Assembly (NCBI GenBank): GCA_036172245.1
Contig: JAYWIR010000063.1
Coordinates: 1-64,000 of the forward strand
Length of the DNA stretch: 64,000 nt
Origin: Raillietiella orientalis
Lineage: Eukaryota
Reading direction: 5' to 3'
Translations under genes and position numbers: made by a program
In this document: piece by piece, positions 38,387-49,127 of the stretch
Numbering within the stretch: position 1 is the first letter of the stretch
Layout of the letters: each line of letters opens with the position of its first letter
Notes under the pieces: generated by a model
Told to the model about the DNA's origin: nothing
What the model saw: the letters and a program-made list of their open reading frames with translations, nothing else
Database searches by the model: none

Positions 38387-40309
38387 ATGTCGACCCAACT
38401 TGAAGCTACTGAAGTTGGAGGAACAGCATCCGGATCTGCAATCGCGGAACCTACGGCCGCCTCCACTTCGTCTTTCTCGCCAATGGAGAGGAGTTTTGCT
38501 GACGTTGCTGCCACAGCAGCCGTCAAAGGGAAACCACTCGACGAGTCGGAGTTGCGGGCATACGTAGCCCAAAACTATAGACCTGCTCTCCGATATAAGG
38601 TGAGTGGCTTTCTTTCTGCGCGCGACGGGAATCAGTTCAACGATGAACTGACCCGTGTTGGCGTGCGGGAGGAGGACCTTCTCGCCATTATGCCCGTAAA
38701 AGACATGGGCTATTTCAAGGTGCGTTGCAGAGACGCTGCACTTGTGCAACGCTTACTGCGCACCCCGTTGTCGATCCGTGGCCAGAAGGTCTTCCCGGCC
38801 GCCATGGACGACTCATTTGTGGCGGAGATTTTCGACATCGAGTCGGAAATCTCCGATGTTGACACTCGGAACGCGTTGGCGAAATTCGCCACAGTCCATG
38901 CGCTGTGGAGGATGCGTAGCAACCTCAAGGACTTCCCGTCCATACACAGCGGAGTCGCTGGAGTCCGGCTTACAATGCCGGACCGCCGTCTGCTGCCTAC
39001 CAAACTACAGGTGAATGACACGGTCGTTCACCTGTGGTTCGTGGGCAAAGTAAAAACGTGCGAGCAATGCGGGAAGGAGGGGCATTGTTTGGATAAATGC
39101 CCCTTTGGAAAATGCCGTTATTGCAAACTATCCGGGCACCAATTGAAAAATTGCCCGGATCTTTTGCGAAAAAAGGCAGCCGCGGAGCTTCATCTTAAGA
39201 AACAAAGCGCGGATAAAAAGAAAAAATCTGCGAAAAACCTGGAGGCCCCACGGTAGAAATTCCGAAAAAACGCGAGGCGGAATGTCGCCCCAAAGCAGCA
39301 GGAAACCTCGCACGCGAAGCCGTGCGCGCCCCCTCTCGCGGCAGGGGAGCCGCAAAAGAAAGGGTGCGGGGAATCCGGGGCAATGGTAAGTCACCCTAGG
39401 CGCAATAGCTGTCCTTCCCAAGCACGCCCTGCTCTTTCGGAGTTCGAGCAACCGGCGGGGACGTCAATGGACAACGGCGGTAAGGACACTTCCAGTACCG
39501 TCAGATCCATTCCTTCACCTCCTGCAGTGGCTGAGAAGCCCAAATCGGGTAAGAAGGGTTGTGCCGTGTCGACTTCGAGAGTCGGCAAAAAAAAATCCGC
39601 GTCGCGTTCCAACACCGCGAAAGCGGAGAAAAATCTCACGCCGTCGCAATCGGAGAGGAAGCTCTCGACTGGCGCGGATGCCATGCCAACGAAGGGATTA
39701 AAATCCCTTCCGAAGGCAGCGTCCATGACGAGCGTGTCGAAGCCATCCAAAGTGCTCCCGTCCAAAGACGCGGATGGCTTCAAAGATGGCAATGGAGCAC
39801 AATCTCCATTTACTGCGCCACGCGAAGTGAGGAACCGTAATGAAGTAAAGAAGTCTTCAGCAAAGGTCCCTCGTGCAACTGCGCGTGAGCACGCTGGATA
39901 CGCGCAGGCCGGGAAAGCAGCCGTCACCAAAAGCGATGCTCTGGAGACGGAAAAAGACAACAGGACAGCTGTCAATCCAGCAGAACCTGTCACTGCTTCG
40001 CGGAAGGCCGAAACCCGATGGAACATGCGCCGGTCGGACTCCGAAATGGATGCCGTTCCGATCACCGAGACGAGGACAACTCGTTCGAAAGCGTGGGCGC
40101 GCCGATCAAAAGTAGGCAGTCAGGCAACGCTAGCCGCGAAGCCACGCGAAGTCTCCACGAAACCCGACGGGGTTAAGCCTGGCGTGGAGGCATTACATGC
40201 ATGCAGCACGACAGAGGACGGTGGCGACCGTCCCCTCCAGCCAGTCGTGCTGCTCGCCGTCTGCTCGCCGGATAAAGCTAGCAAAAAGCCGCCACCTTCC
40301 CAGCAGTAA
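38387..40309 (+). pseudogene. N2 ORF1 (two zinc knuckles), one premature stop
   Basis: MSTQLEATEV; CEQCGKEGHCLDKC, CRYCKLSGHQLKNC; TAG at 39254 (CAG in N1). Confidence 0.9.
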
Positions 40310-43300
40310 TGCGGGGAATCGCGTCTTCTCGTCGTCTGTCCGTAACGTGTTGGAACGTGAACGGACTGCAGAACGACGAGAAGAGGCGATTAGTAGCCAA
40401 CGCCCTGCGCCCCTTCGACCTCGCGCTCCTGCAGGAGATTCACGTAATCTCCGACGAGCAGGCAACCGAAATCGAGGAGCGCGCAGGCGGAACGCTACAT
40501 TGGCGGTGCGGCGGCGCACACACGTGCGGCGTTGCGTTCCTCGTAAGAGGAAAAATGGCGGAAGCGGTGCGTAGTGTTCGTTTCGATGACGACGGACGGA
40601 TAGGCCAGCTTGTCATCAAGTGGTCCGAGTCCATCGATCTCGTCGTTACGAACGTCTACGCGCCGAGTGGCTCTCGCTACCTCGAAGAAAGAGTAGCTTT
40701 CTTTGGTGAGGTGCAGAGCCACTGGCTCAACAACTCCGGTTTCCAAGTGGCGCACCTCGTCGCTGGGGACTTCAACGTCCGCCTGCTCTCCGACGATTGG
40801 AGCCGCCCGAGGGAGCGCGCGCTGCCCATCGAGATGGGCGCGTCCGTGCACGCCGCCAACTTGATGGTCAGCGAACCTGGAATGGAAAGATCGCTCGATC
40901 ACGTTTTCCTCGATGAAAACCTGCATTCGCGTGTGGGTAGGAGAGGAAGATTGTTGACTAGGCTTTCTGACCACCACAGGTTGGAGTTTGAGATCCTTCC
41001 GCCAGGCAGGGGGCCTCCGTTGCAAAACTGGAGGATGCAGGCGGATTGGCTTAGCCAACCGGAGGCTGTGGAGCATCTACGTGGATACCTCCGAGGCTTT
41101 GCCATTCAAGAACTTGCGGACTGGGACGATCTCAAAAGATCTGTCCGCGAGTTCTGCTGCCAATTCCCCTTGCACCGGCTTCCACGCGGTTTCGGAGAGG
41201 GCGTGGCCAACAGTAGAGACCTTCTGCAGGCCCGCACGTTTTCGAGACGCGCGGATGTCGGGCGTCTCGCAGAGTACAAGGCGAGGGGCGAGCGCCAGGT
41301 CTGGCAGTCCGGAGCAGCATGCCTGCTGGACGACAAGGGCCAGGAATGTTCGGCCCCAGCCGAAGTACGCCGCATTGTGAGACGCTACTACTCCTCTCTG
41401 TACGCGGAATCCCCGACGGAGGATATTCTTTCTGAGATACTCCTGTCTCAGGATGCTCGTGTTGTCGGCGAGGAGGAACGCGAACGTCCCAACGAGCCCT
41501 TCACGGCGGATGAATTTTTGTCTGCAATCGCTGGGCTGAAGAGACGAAAGGCGCCAGGCGAGGATGGGCTCCCTGCAGAGTTTTATCAGTGCTTTGCAGT
41601 GAAGCTCATTCCCTTGATGCTGAAACTCGCGACGCTGATGAGTGAATCCGGGAATGTCCCGGATTCCTTCCGCTCAGCGAAGGTGCGTCTCCTGCCGAAA
41701 GGCGGAGCCTTACGTCAACTTAACAACTGGCGTCCGATCACCTTGGTGAACTCGGACGTCAAGTAGTTTTCCAAGCTGTGGGTCGCGCGGTTAGGAAGTA
41801 TCGCGGAATCTGTGGTGAGCCCGGAACAAACCTACGCGGTTCCGGGACGATCCATGGAGGCGAAAATCCTTTTCGCGCGTACATGGATGCAGCTGCAGGA
41901 AGTTGTGGCGCAGCAAAGCCAGGCTGCTGCGAAAGTCACTGCCGCAGGCAAAAAGAACAGGCGCCGACGGCAGGAGGGAACGCCAGGTGCCTTGGCGGTC
42001 GCGGTCGATCTCCACAAGGCGTTCGACTGCATAAACCAGAAGCTGCTTTTGGAGCTTATGGAACGCCTTGGGTTCCCGGCGCAACTCCTGCTGTATTTGC
42101 GCGTGTGCTGGCGCCACGCGCTAACCTGCATTACTTTCAGCGGCTGCCGCGTGTATGGTATTCCCGTTCGTAGGGGCATCCGACAGGGCGACAGCTTAAG
42201 CCCGTTGCTCTTCAGCATCTTCTTTGAGTTGGTGCTAAGAGCATACAGGCTGACGCTGTCTCACTTGCCAAGCTCCTGCCCGGGAACGCCCGCCGTGGCC
42301 GCCTACGCTGATGACCTGCTTCTTCTGCTCCCCATGTCCACCCCGGCGTCCAGTGTCGAGGATTTCTTCGACCTGATTCGTCGGGGAGCGGGCGTGAGCG
42401 TGAACAGAGAGAAGAGCGTGGTCGTTACTGTGGGTACGTCGTGGGAGGGGCAGTCCGACTGGATCCGCCTGGGGATCCCCACGGGCGGGTACTTTAAGTA
42501 CCTTGGCGTTCCGTTGGGCGCTTTCGGCGCAGCCGAAGCGTGGGCGGACTGTCTTCAGAAAGCAGAGTTGGCCATCAGCTCGTTCTTTAACGGCAAGTTT
42601 ACCTTGCAGGAACGGGCGACTATATGGAACACCTTTGTGGCCCCCCTCCTCCGTCCCCTGTTTTTTGTTTTGGACCCCCCCTATGCGGCAAAACCGCGGG
42701 CTAAGCGCCTGCTCAGGAACGCTCTCTGGGGTCCGGCGAGATCCAGGATCCGCCTTAAAGATTTGTTAGCTCCGCGTCGGGATGCTGGTTTGGGTATCTT
42801 GACAATGGAGCGAATCGGACTGCAGGTGCAGTTCCGACTGCTGGCACTGTGTGCCCAGCTATGGACATCCCCCCTGTGTGTGCCAGCCCGCATTCTCCTG
42901 CGGAGATGCGCCGGCAGCGGAGGATTTCTCTCGCTTTTGCCGGGCACTCAATACAGGAAGCGGGGTTTCGGGTTTCCATTGCGGCAGTTGACCGCACTTC
43001 TGGAAGCTCACTCGTGGATCTCCTGCCGCCCAATGAACTTTAAAACTTGGAGGCAGAAGTCTGTTGAATCCTGGGCGGCGTTCCAGGAATACGCTCTGAA
43101 GATCTTCGCTCCCTGCGTCAATTTTTTCCACGATCCTTGGAAGAAGTACTGCAAAACGAGGTGAAGTTTTCTACCCTGGCTGCCACGCCTCTTGCCGCAG
43201 CGCTGTCTGCCCTCAGGGCAAGAAACGACAGTTACCAACCGGCGAGGTGGGAGGTTTCCTGCACGATAGCGGGAAAAACCAAAATCCTTGGCGCCTGGAA

Positions 43301-43901
43301 GACGAGTGAGATGGCGGACGCCGCCACTCCTCGTGTTACTGCAAAGGGACTCCTCCGGTGGGCAGAAGAACCTGCTGTCACCCCCGAACAACTTGTAGTC
43401 CCTCTACAGTGTATTGACAGTTCGCTGCTCCCCCTTGCTTGGAAACAAGCCGTGCTGCTTTTCGTTCACTGGGGTTTTCAGTGCAACGAGCGTTGGCATC
43501 GTGACTCCGAGGGACTTGCGTCTGCGAACTGCGTTCGGTGCGGATCGACGGAGTCGATTCCGCACCGACTTCTGGACTGCGGTGTCCTACAAGGACTGTG
43601 GCGTAGGCTGGCAACAGCACTAATGCATCCCGTGGACACCGCAAGAGACTTGCTGCGACGATTCTTCACGCCGAGCGGGCTGTCACTAAGCGCAAGGATT
43701 GCAACCATCGGTTGCATACGCGCGATAGTTTCCGTCCGCCAGGCGTTGGTAATCAACGGACAGCACCAAGAGGTAATCAGCAAAGCATCCTTCAACATAG
43801 GAGCATCCGCTAGATGGCCTCATTTGACAGAGGAGACAAAAAGGAATCTCGCCGCAATACACCGCCGGTTTACACACCCTCAGCAGCGGCGAACCCGGTG
43901 A
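40309..43901 (+). pseudogene. N2 ORF2: EN + RT + CCHC, one stop and one frameshift
   Basis: WNVNG, QEIH, GDFN, SDH, WRPITLVNSD, DLHKAFD, GIRQGDSLSP, AYADD, CVRCGS. TAG at 41764; frameshift near 43085. Confidence 0.95.
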
Positions 43902-44554
43902 TCATTGCCCTACCCTCCATAAACTAGTTTTGTATTATCTTTTTACACCCGCGTCCCCATAGGCTCCGGAACATTTTAGGTGCTCATCGTTTAAATTTCG
44001 TGAGTACGGAGCCTAACCAAAAACCCGTTACCTTTCCCTCCAGTTTTTGATTTTTGTTTGTTTCCCCTCATTCCCCCCACGCTGCGAGCGGTTTGTTTAC
44101 CAGGCCTGCGTGCCGGTAATTTTTCTATGTTCTCTGTCGTTCTGTTGGTTGGGGACATTGTCCCTGACCAGTTTATTATTATTAATAAACTCCCCGGCGT
44201 GACCGGGTGATAAATTTCAATCTCCGCCTGGTAACAGGTGAGGCGGGAACCTAGGAGAAGGCGATGAACCAGCTGTGAGCCGCCTTGCGTGCGCGCAACT
44301 TGTTCGCGGGTAAGAGGGCAATGGTCCGCAGCATCGACCACGTGTTTCTACACGCCGACCTGTGTTCGCGGGTAGGTAAACGGGGGAAGCATGAGTCCAC
44401 GCTGCCGGACCATTCCCGGCTAATATTCCAGATGCGGCCTCTCGACAAGGGAGCGTCATCCAGGGAGTGGCGTCTGCCAAGGGACTGGACGCGACTCTCA
44501 GTTGCGAAGGAACACCTTCGCGAATTCCTGACAGGCGTCACGCTCCAGAGCTTG

Positions 44555-46899
44555 ACTTGGAACCCAGTTCGGCGGGACGTTTATTTTCTCAAATAAACCT
44601 ATACAACCCGTGACTGAACCAGTTGTCCAGCCACGCCTTGGAAACATTCAGTCTGCGGGGATACCGGTGCGCAGACCGGCGCCGTCGACCTCGGCAGCAG
44701 AGGGCAGGGGCAATCAAAGAAAAAGAAAACAAAAGATAAACAGAAACCGGGGAGGGAGCGGGAAGGGATCACTGTCTGCTGGGAGGGAGCGTCATCCTCT
44801 GAAGGATGCCAAAAAGCTGTTGCTGAATAGTGGATTCCAGATAAGGCCATCGCGTCGCCATCCTCATGAAACGGACGGCGTACACGGTGGCATCCCTGTC
44901 GCTGGACACTCCCGTCGCTTTGCCCCATGCCACGACGATCTCGCGTAGGCAGCACAAGGCTGCAAGCGAGGCCGCTGGAGGCAGGGCGTCACGGAGGAAA
45001 AGGCGGCGCAAAGCGTCTCAGGGGTTGCCTCCGGGAATCCCCAGGGCTGCGGCAAAGCGTTCCCACAAGGGACGGAGGGCAACACAATCCACTAACAGGT
45101 GGGAAAAGTATTCCCTCACCCCGCACCTGACACAATTGGGGTTGACATCCCCGCGACCAGTGGTGTCGGCGGGCATTGCAGGAAAGGCCCCAATGCAACA
45201 CCAGCAGTGCCGAATATTGTTACTTCATGTGGAGGGTGCACGAGTCCATGAGCACCAGGGGCCACTCGAGGTGTTCCTCCGGAACATCCAGTAGCTCGCC
45301 CCAGCGCAACAGTCCGTGCAGAGTGATCCTCAGGGTCGCAGCGTTGGTCGACTGACCCGTTCTCCAGTCCCCGATCTTCTTCTCTCTTTCGGCGATCCTA
45401 AAAGTAACCTCTCATTGTGCCGCGACGTCACTGCCCAGCTGTTCCCTTAGGGAAGGCAGTACGCAGCAAGGGAGGTTCTTTGTGCCCACGCTCTCCTTCG
45501 GGGATCCTCGACGATTTCTCGGAGCGTGCGGTGGGCGTGCGGCCCGATCGGAGCTATTCCCTCGTGTTACGGGCTCTGCTCCTGAGTCATCGCCCACGTG
45601 CGGACGGTTTCCTGCAGCCAGGCAGGACCGTTCGTGGGGCGCACGAGGATCCTCTCCGAGTTGGTCTTCACGAGCTTGGCCGCCCTTCGAAGCTGAAGTC
45701 CGCAGTGGCAGATGGGGCTCCGGAGTGCAAAGTAGGACGAGAGTTCCGCATTGCCGATGGCCCGCTCGAAGAGGAGACGTGCAGGGAGGCACCAGGCGGT
45801 GCACCTATTTTTTGCCATAAAGGCAACATTCCGGAACTGGAGCTGAAGCTCCAGCCGCTTCAGCTTCAGGAGACCAAGACCACCGTCCCAACGCGGAGCG
45901 CACAAGTCCGCGTGACGGACTCGGGGCCTCCCTCTGCCCCAAAGGGCTATCCTCAGGAGGTCCTTCGTCCTATTCCTTAAATCCGCTGAGGGGGGGCAAA
46001 CAAAAAGCAAGAGGCGAAGGAAGGGGGCCGCAAACGCGTTCCACGCCGCGGCCCGTTCATGCAGGTAGAACCTGCCGTCCTGGAACGGGCCGATCGCCGC
46101 CTGAGCCTTCTGAAGGCAGTGGGACCACGCTTCCGCAGTTAAGTAGTCCCCCAACGGTACACCAAGGTTCTTGAAGTACCTTACCGTGGGGAACCCCAAA
46201 CGGAACCAGTTTTGCTGCCCTACCCACGCCGCTTCGACTGGCATCACGGACGACTTCGCCCTGTCCACCTTAAGTCCGGCTCCCCGATGCAGCAGGTAGA
46301 AGAAGTCCTCGGCCGCCGAAGCCGGGGTGGACATAGGGAGCAGCAGCAGAAGATCGTCAGCGTATGCCGAAACCGCAGGCGTACCGGGACAATCGCGCGG
46401 CAGGTGCACCTGAGTCTCCCTGCAAGCTCTCAGCACCAATTCAAAATAGGCGCTAAACAGTAATGGACTCATGCTGTCTCCCTGACGTATGCCGCGTCGC
46501 ACCGATACGCCGTGCATGGCATTCCCGCTGAAAAGGATGTTAATAAGCGCGTCGCGCCAGCTGGAGCGAAGGTAGGCTAACAAAGAGGCCGGGAAGCCCA
46601 AGCGTTTCAGAAGCACCAACAGGAGATTCTGATTGACGCTGTCGAATGCTTTAGCCAAGTCGACAGCGACCGCAAGGGCCCCTTCCCAACCCGACTGTCC
46701 CGTTTCCCACCGACAAACGCACTGGAATTCCGGCTGCTTATTAAGACCCTTCCTTGTTGGAGCTGTAACAATGTGGAAGCGTGTAACAGGTTCGCCTCCA
46801 TGTTTTGCCCGGAAACTGCATATGTCTGTTCCGGGCTGATGAAGATGTTGGCAACCCGACCCAGACGCTCTGCCCACAGCTTGGCTATCAACTTGGCGT
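44555..46899 (-). mobile_element. V-lineage LINE V2 (RT from DAK to the 3' end)
   Basis: AKLIAKLWAERLG, DLAKAFD, GIRQGDSMSP, AYADD; stop at 44769; AATAAA at 44580-44585. Confidence 0.9.
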
Positions 46900-46986
46900 G
46901 CGGACGTGTTTTTTCCGGGCTCCTCTGCGCCTGGTGTAAAGGGTTCCTTTTCTTAAGTGTTTGTGTGTGGTGCATCTGCGTTTTTA

Positions 46987-49049
46987 ATGGCAGAAATGCC
47001 TGAGGACATCGCGATGGAAGTCGGCGGGGGAGAGGATTGTTCCTCTCCCCAACCCATTGAGGTGAGGGCAACTGCTCCCACGGAGGAGAAAACAACCGCC
47101 CCCTTGAAAACGGGGGCAACCGCCCCTCCGGAAACAAGGGGTACCGCCACCTTGAAAAAGGGAGCGATCGCCCTCGTGGAAAAGGCCGCAAATGCCCCCT
47201 TGAAAAAGGGGACAACCGCCGCCTTATATAAGGGCGCAACCGCCCCCTTGAAAAAGGGGGCAACCGCCGCCTTAATTAAGGGCGCAACCGCCCCCTTGAA
47301 AAAGGGGGCAACCGCGTCTTTGGATCCGTCTGCTCCATCAATGAGGACCTGGAGCTCCGTGGCTGCAGCGCTATCTCCTGCAGTCTTAGCAGAAAAGCGC
47401 GCCTACCTTGAACAAGGATACAAGCCGTCCTTGATTCACAAGGTAGGAAATCTGTTTGTGGGGAACATTGCTCGTAACTTTGAAAGAGAGTTACAGCGGT
47501 TTGATGTGAAAAAGGAAGACCTGGAAGGTCTCTCCGTGATGAGTGGGGGTCAGAGGGTGAAGCTGACTTGCAAAAATGCAAGTCTGGCTCAACGCCTGCT
47601 GAACACTCCCATCACTCTGGAAGGCCGAAAGATCTTCCCTGTAACGGAGGACCGCTCCATTGTCGCACACCTAACCGGTGTAACTCTGCGCATGACAAAA
47701 GCTGGCGTGCAGGAAGAGTTCCAAAAACATGGTAAGGTGCACGCGCTCTGGACCAAGCCCAATGTCTTCCAAACATACGGAAGACTGTTCAGTGGCATGG
47801 CTGCAGCGCGTGTCACCGTCCACGAAAACGGTGGGCTGCCCCACAAACTCGACGTCGGCAACGAGGTCGTCGAAGTCTGGTACGTGGGCAAGCCGAAGTA
47901 CTGTGGGCACTGTCATGCAACAGGGCTCCTAAAAAAACGGTGCCCTCACATCCAGTGTTTTCACTGCGGGGAGAAGGGCCACCTTCGAAAAGTGTGCCCA
48001 AACCGGGAACCTCCAGCGCCCTCTGCCTTGAAAAAAGGTAAGGGGAAACGCTTGGAGAAAACAAGCAAGCCAAAAGAAGCAAAGGAAAGGCCAAGCAAAA
48101 AGCCAGAGTCCGAATGCTCTCAGCAAACGGCTGTCGAGAAAACTCCCGACGACGCTGGTGACAACGAGGACTGGCGAACAGCGAAGCCGAAAAGTAAAAA
48201 AATCCGTAAAACCGAAGAACCGACAGCGGAACCCGCGACAACTTCTTTAAATAGAAGGCAACGCCGCGCTTTGCTCCGCGAATGTTCGGTCGCTTTGGAG
48301 CGCGTGGAGATCCCCGAGACCTACACCGGGGGAGATATCCCCCGCCTCGTTGACGACGAAGCCGCGATCGAGGAAGGCGAACCCTCTGTGCAAACAGAGG
48401 GGGAGCCGAGCGACGCACTTGCCGCAATCGAGGACGCCGTTTTCCAACAGGCGGCGGAAGAGCTCGCGGCTGAACTCGCCGATCGTGAGAACGGCGCGCG
48501 AAAGGCCTTGCGAAGGCCGGCCGCGAGCAAGGCACCTGCGACAGGTGACCACGAACCGGATGCCGGAAGTGCGTCCTCCTCCGAGGAGGCGCCTCCGAGA
48601 AAGACTAAACGGAAGTCCAAGAATCCCAAGAGGCGCATCCCGACAAAGAAGGAGGATGACGCACCGGCAGTCGAGGGGGAAGCCGGCAGCGTGGGAACGA
48701 AGGGAGGGATTTTTCCACCCTCCGCTACCGAGCAGCTGGCGACCCCCATGGAGGAGGGGTATAAGGTGAGTGATTGCCGCCATCACTCACCATATACTAG
48801 GAGATAGCCATGGAGAAGGGGGAGCAGACGATTGACAACCGCTCACCCCTGCCGTCCAGCGCTGTCGACGAATCGGGCCCCACGGAAGAGGGGGAGCAGG
48901 TGCGTGAAACCCGCCCCCTTCAACCGTCGCGGTCCGCCGAGGGATCGGCCCCCATGGAGGAGGGAGAACCGGTGCGCGGTGATCCCATTCCTCCATCCGT
49001 CCCCCCCGACCAGGTGGCGGGAGCCCCATTGCCACTTTCCCAGGAATAA
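46987..49049 (+). pseudogene. D3 ORF1, open to 48807, frameshift near the C-terminus
   Basis: MAEMPEDIAMEVGGG; CGHCHATGLLKKRC, CFHCGEKGHLRKVC; tail frame ends LSQE*. Confidence 0.85.
47093..47320 (+). repeat. 24-bp coding tandem repeat (ATAPLKKG), ~9-10 units
   Basis: GCAACCGCCCCCTTGAAAAAGGGG-like units; shorter arrays at ~2833-2960 and ~5205-5340. Confidence 0.9.
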
Positions 49050-49127
49050 CACCTGTGCTCGCCTGTCGCCGTCGATTACGCGTGGCCTGCTGGAACGTCA
49101 AGGGGCTGCTCGACGACAACAACAGAC

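Larger units (their letters stand above)
38309..44213 (+). mobile_element. Full-length N-lineage LINE N2 (5905 bp), head-to-tail with N1
   Basis: Same termini as N1; flanked by ATTTCAATC at 38300-38308 and 44214-44222. Confidence 0.95.
28353..44554 (+). mobile_element. G-lineage LINE G1, split into 28353-30496, 32116-32393 and 44214-44554
   Basis: 5' GCGTACGTGTTTTT; ORF1 28451-30307. The EN pieces read continuously across the insertions: ...IAGGWL | CG..RGVAFFVK...AHLIAGDFN | FNLRLV...IDHVFL...PDH...EHLREFLTGVTLQSL. Confidence 0.9.
46900..49127 (+). mobile_element. D-lineage LINE D3: ORF1 and start of EN
   Basis: GCGGACGTGTTTTTT; TAACA overlap at 49047-49051; RRRLRVACWNV. Confidence 0.9.

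Noticed and set aside
47093..47320. CRISPR-like array
   Set aside because: These are contiguous in-frame coding repeats with no spacers and no cas genes, in a eukaryotic context.
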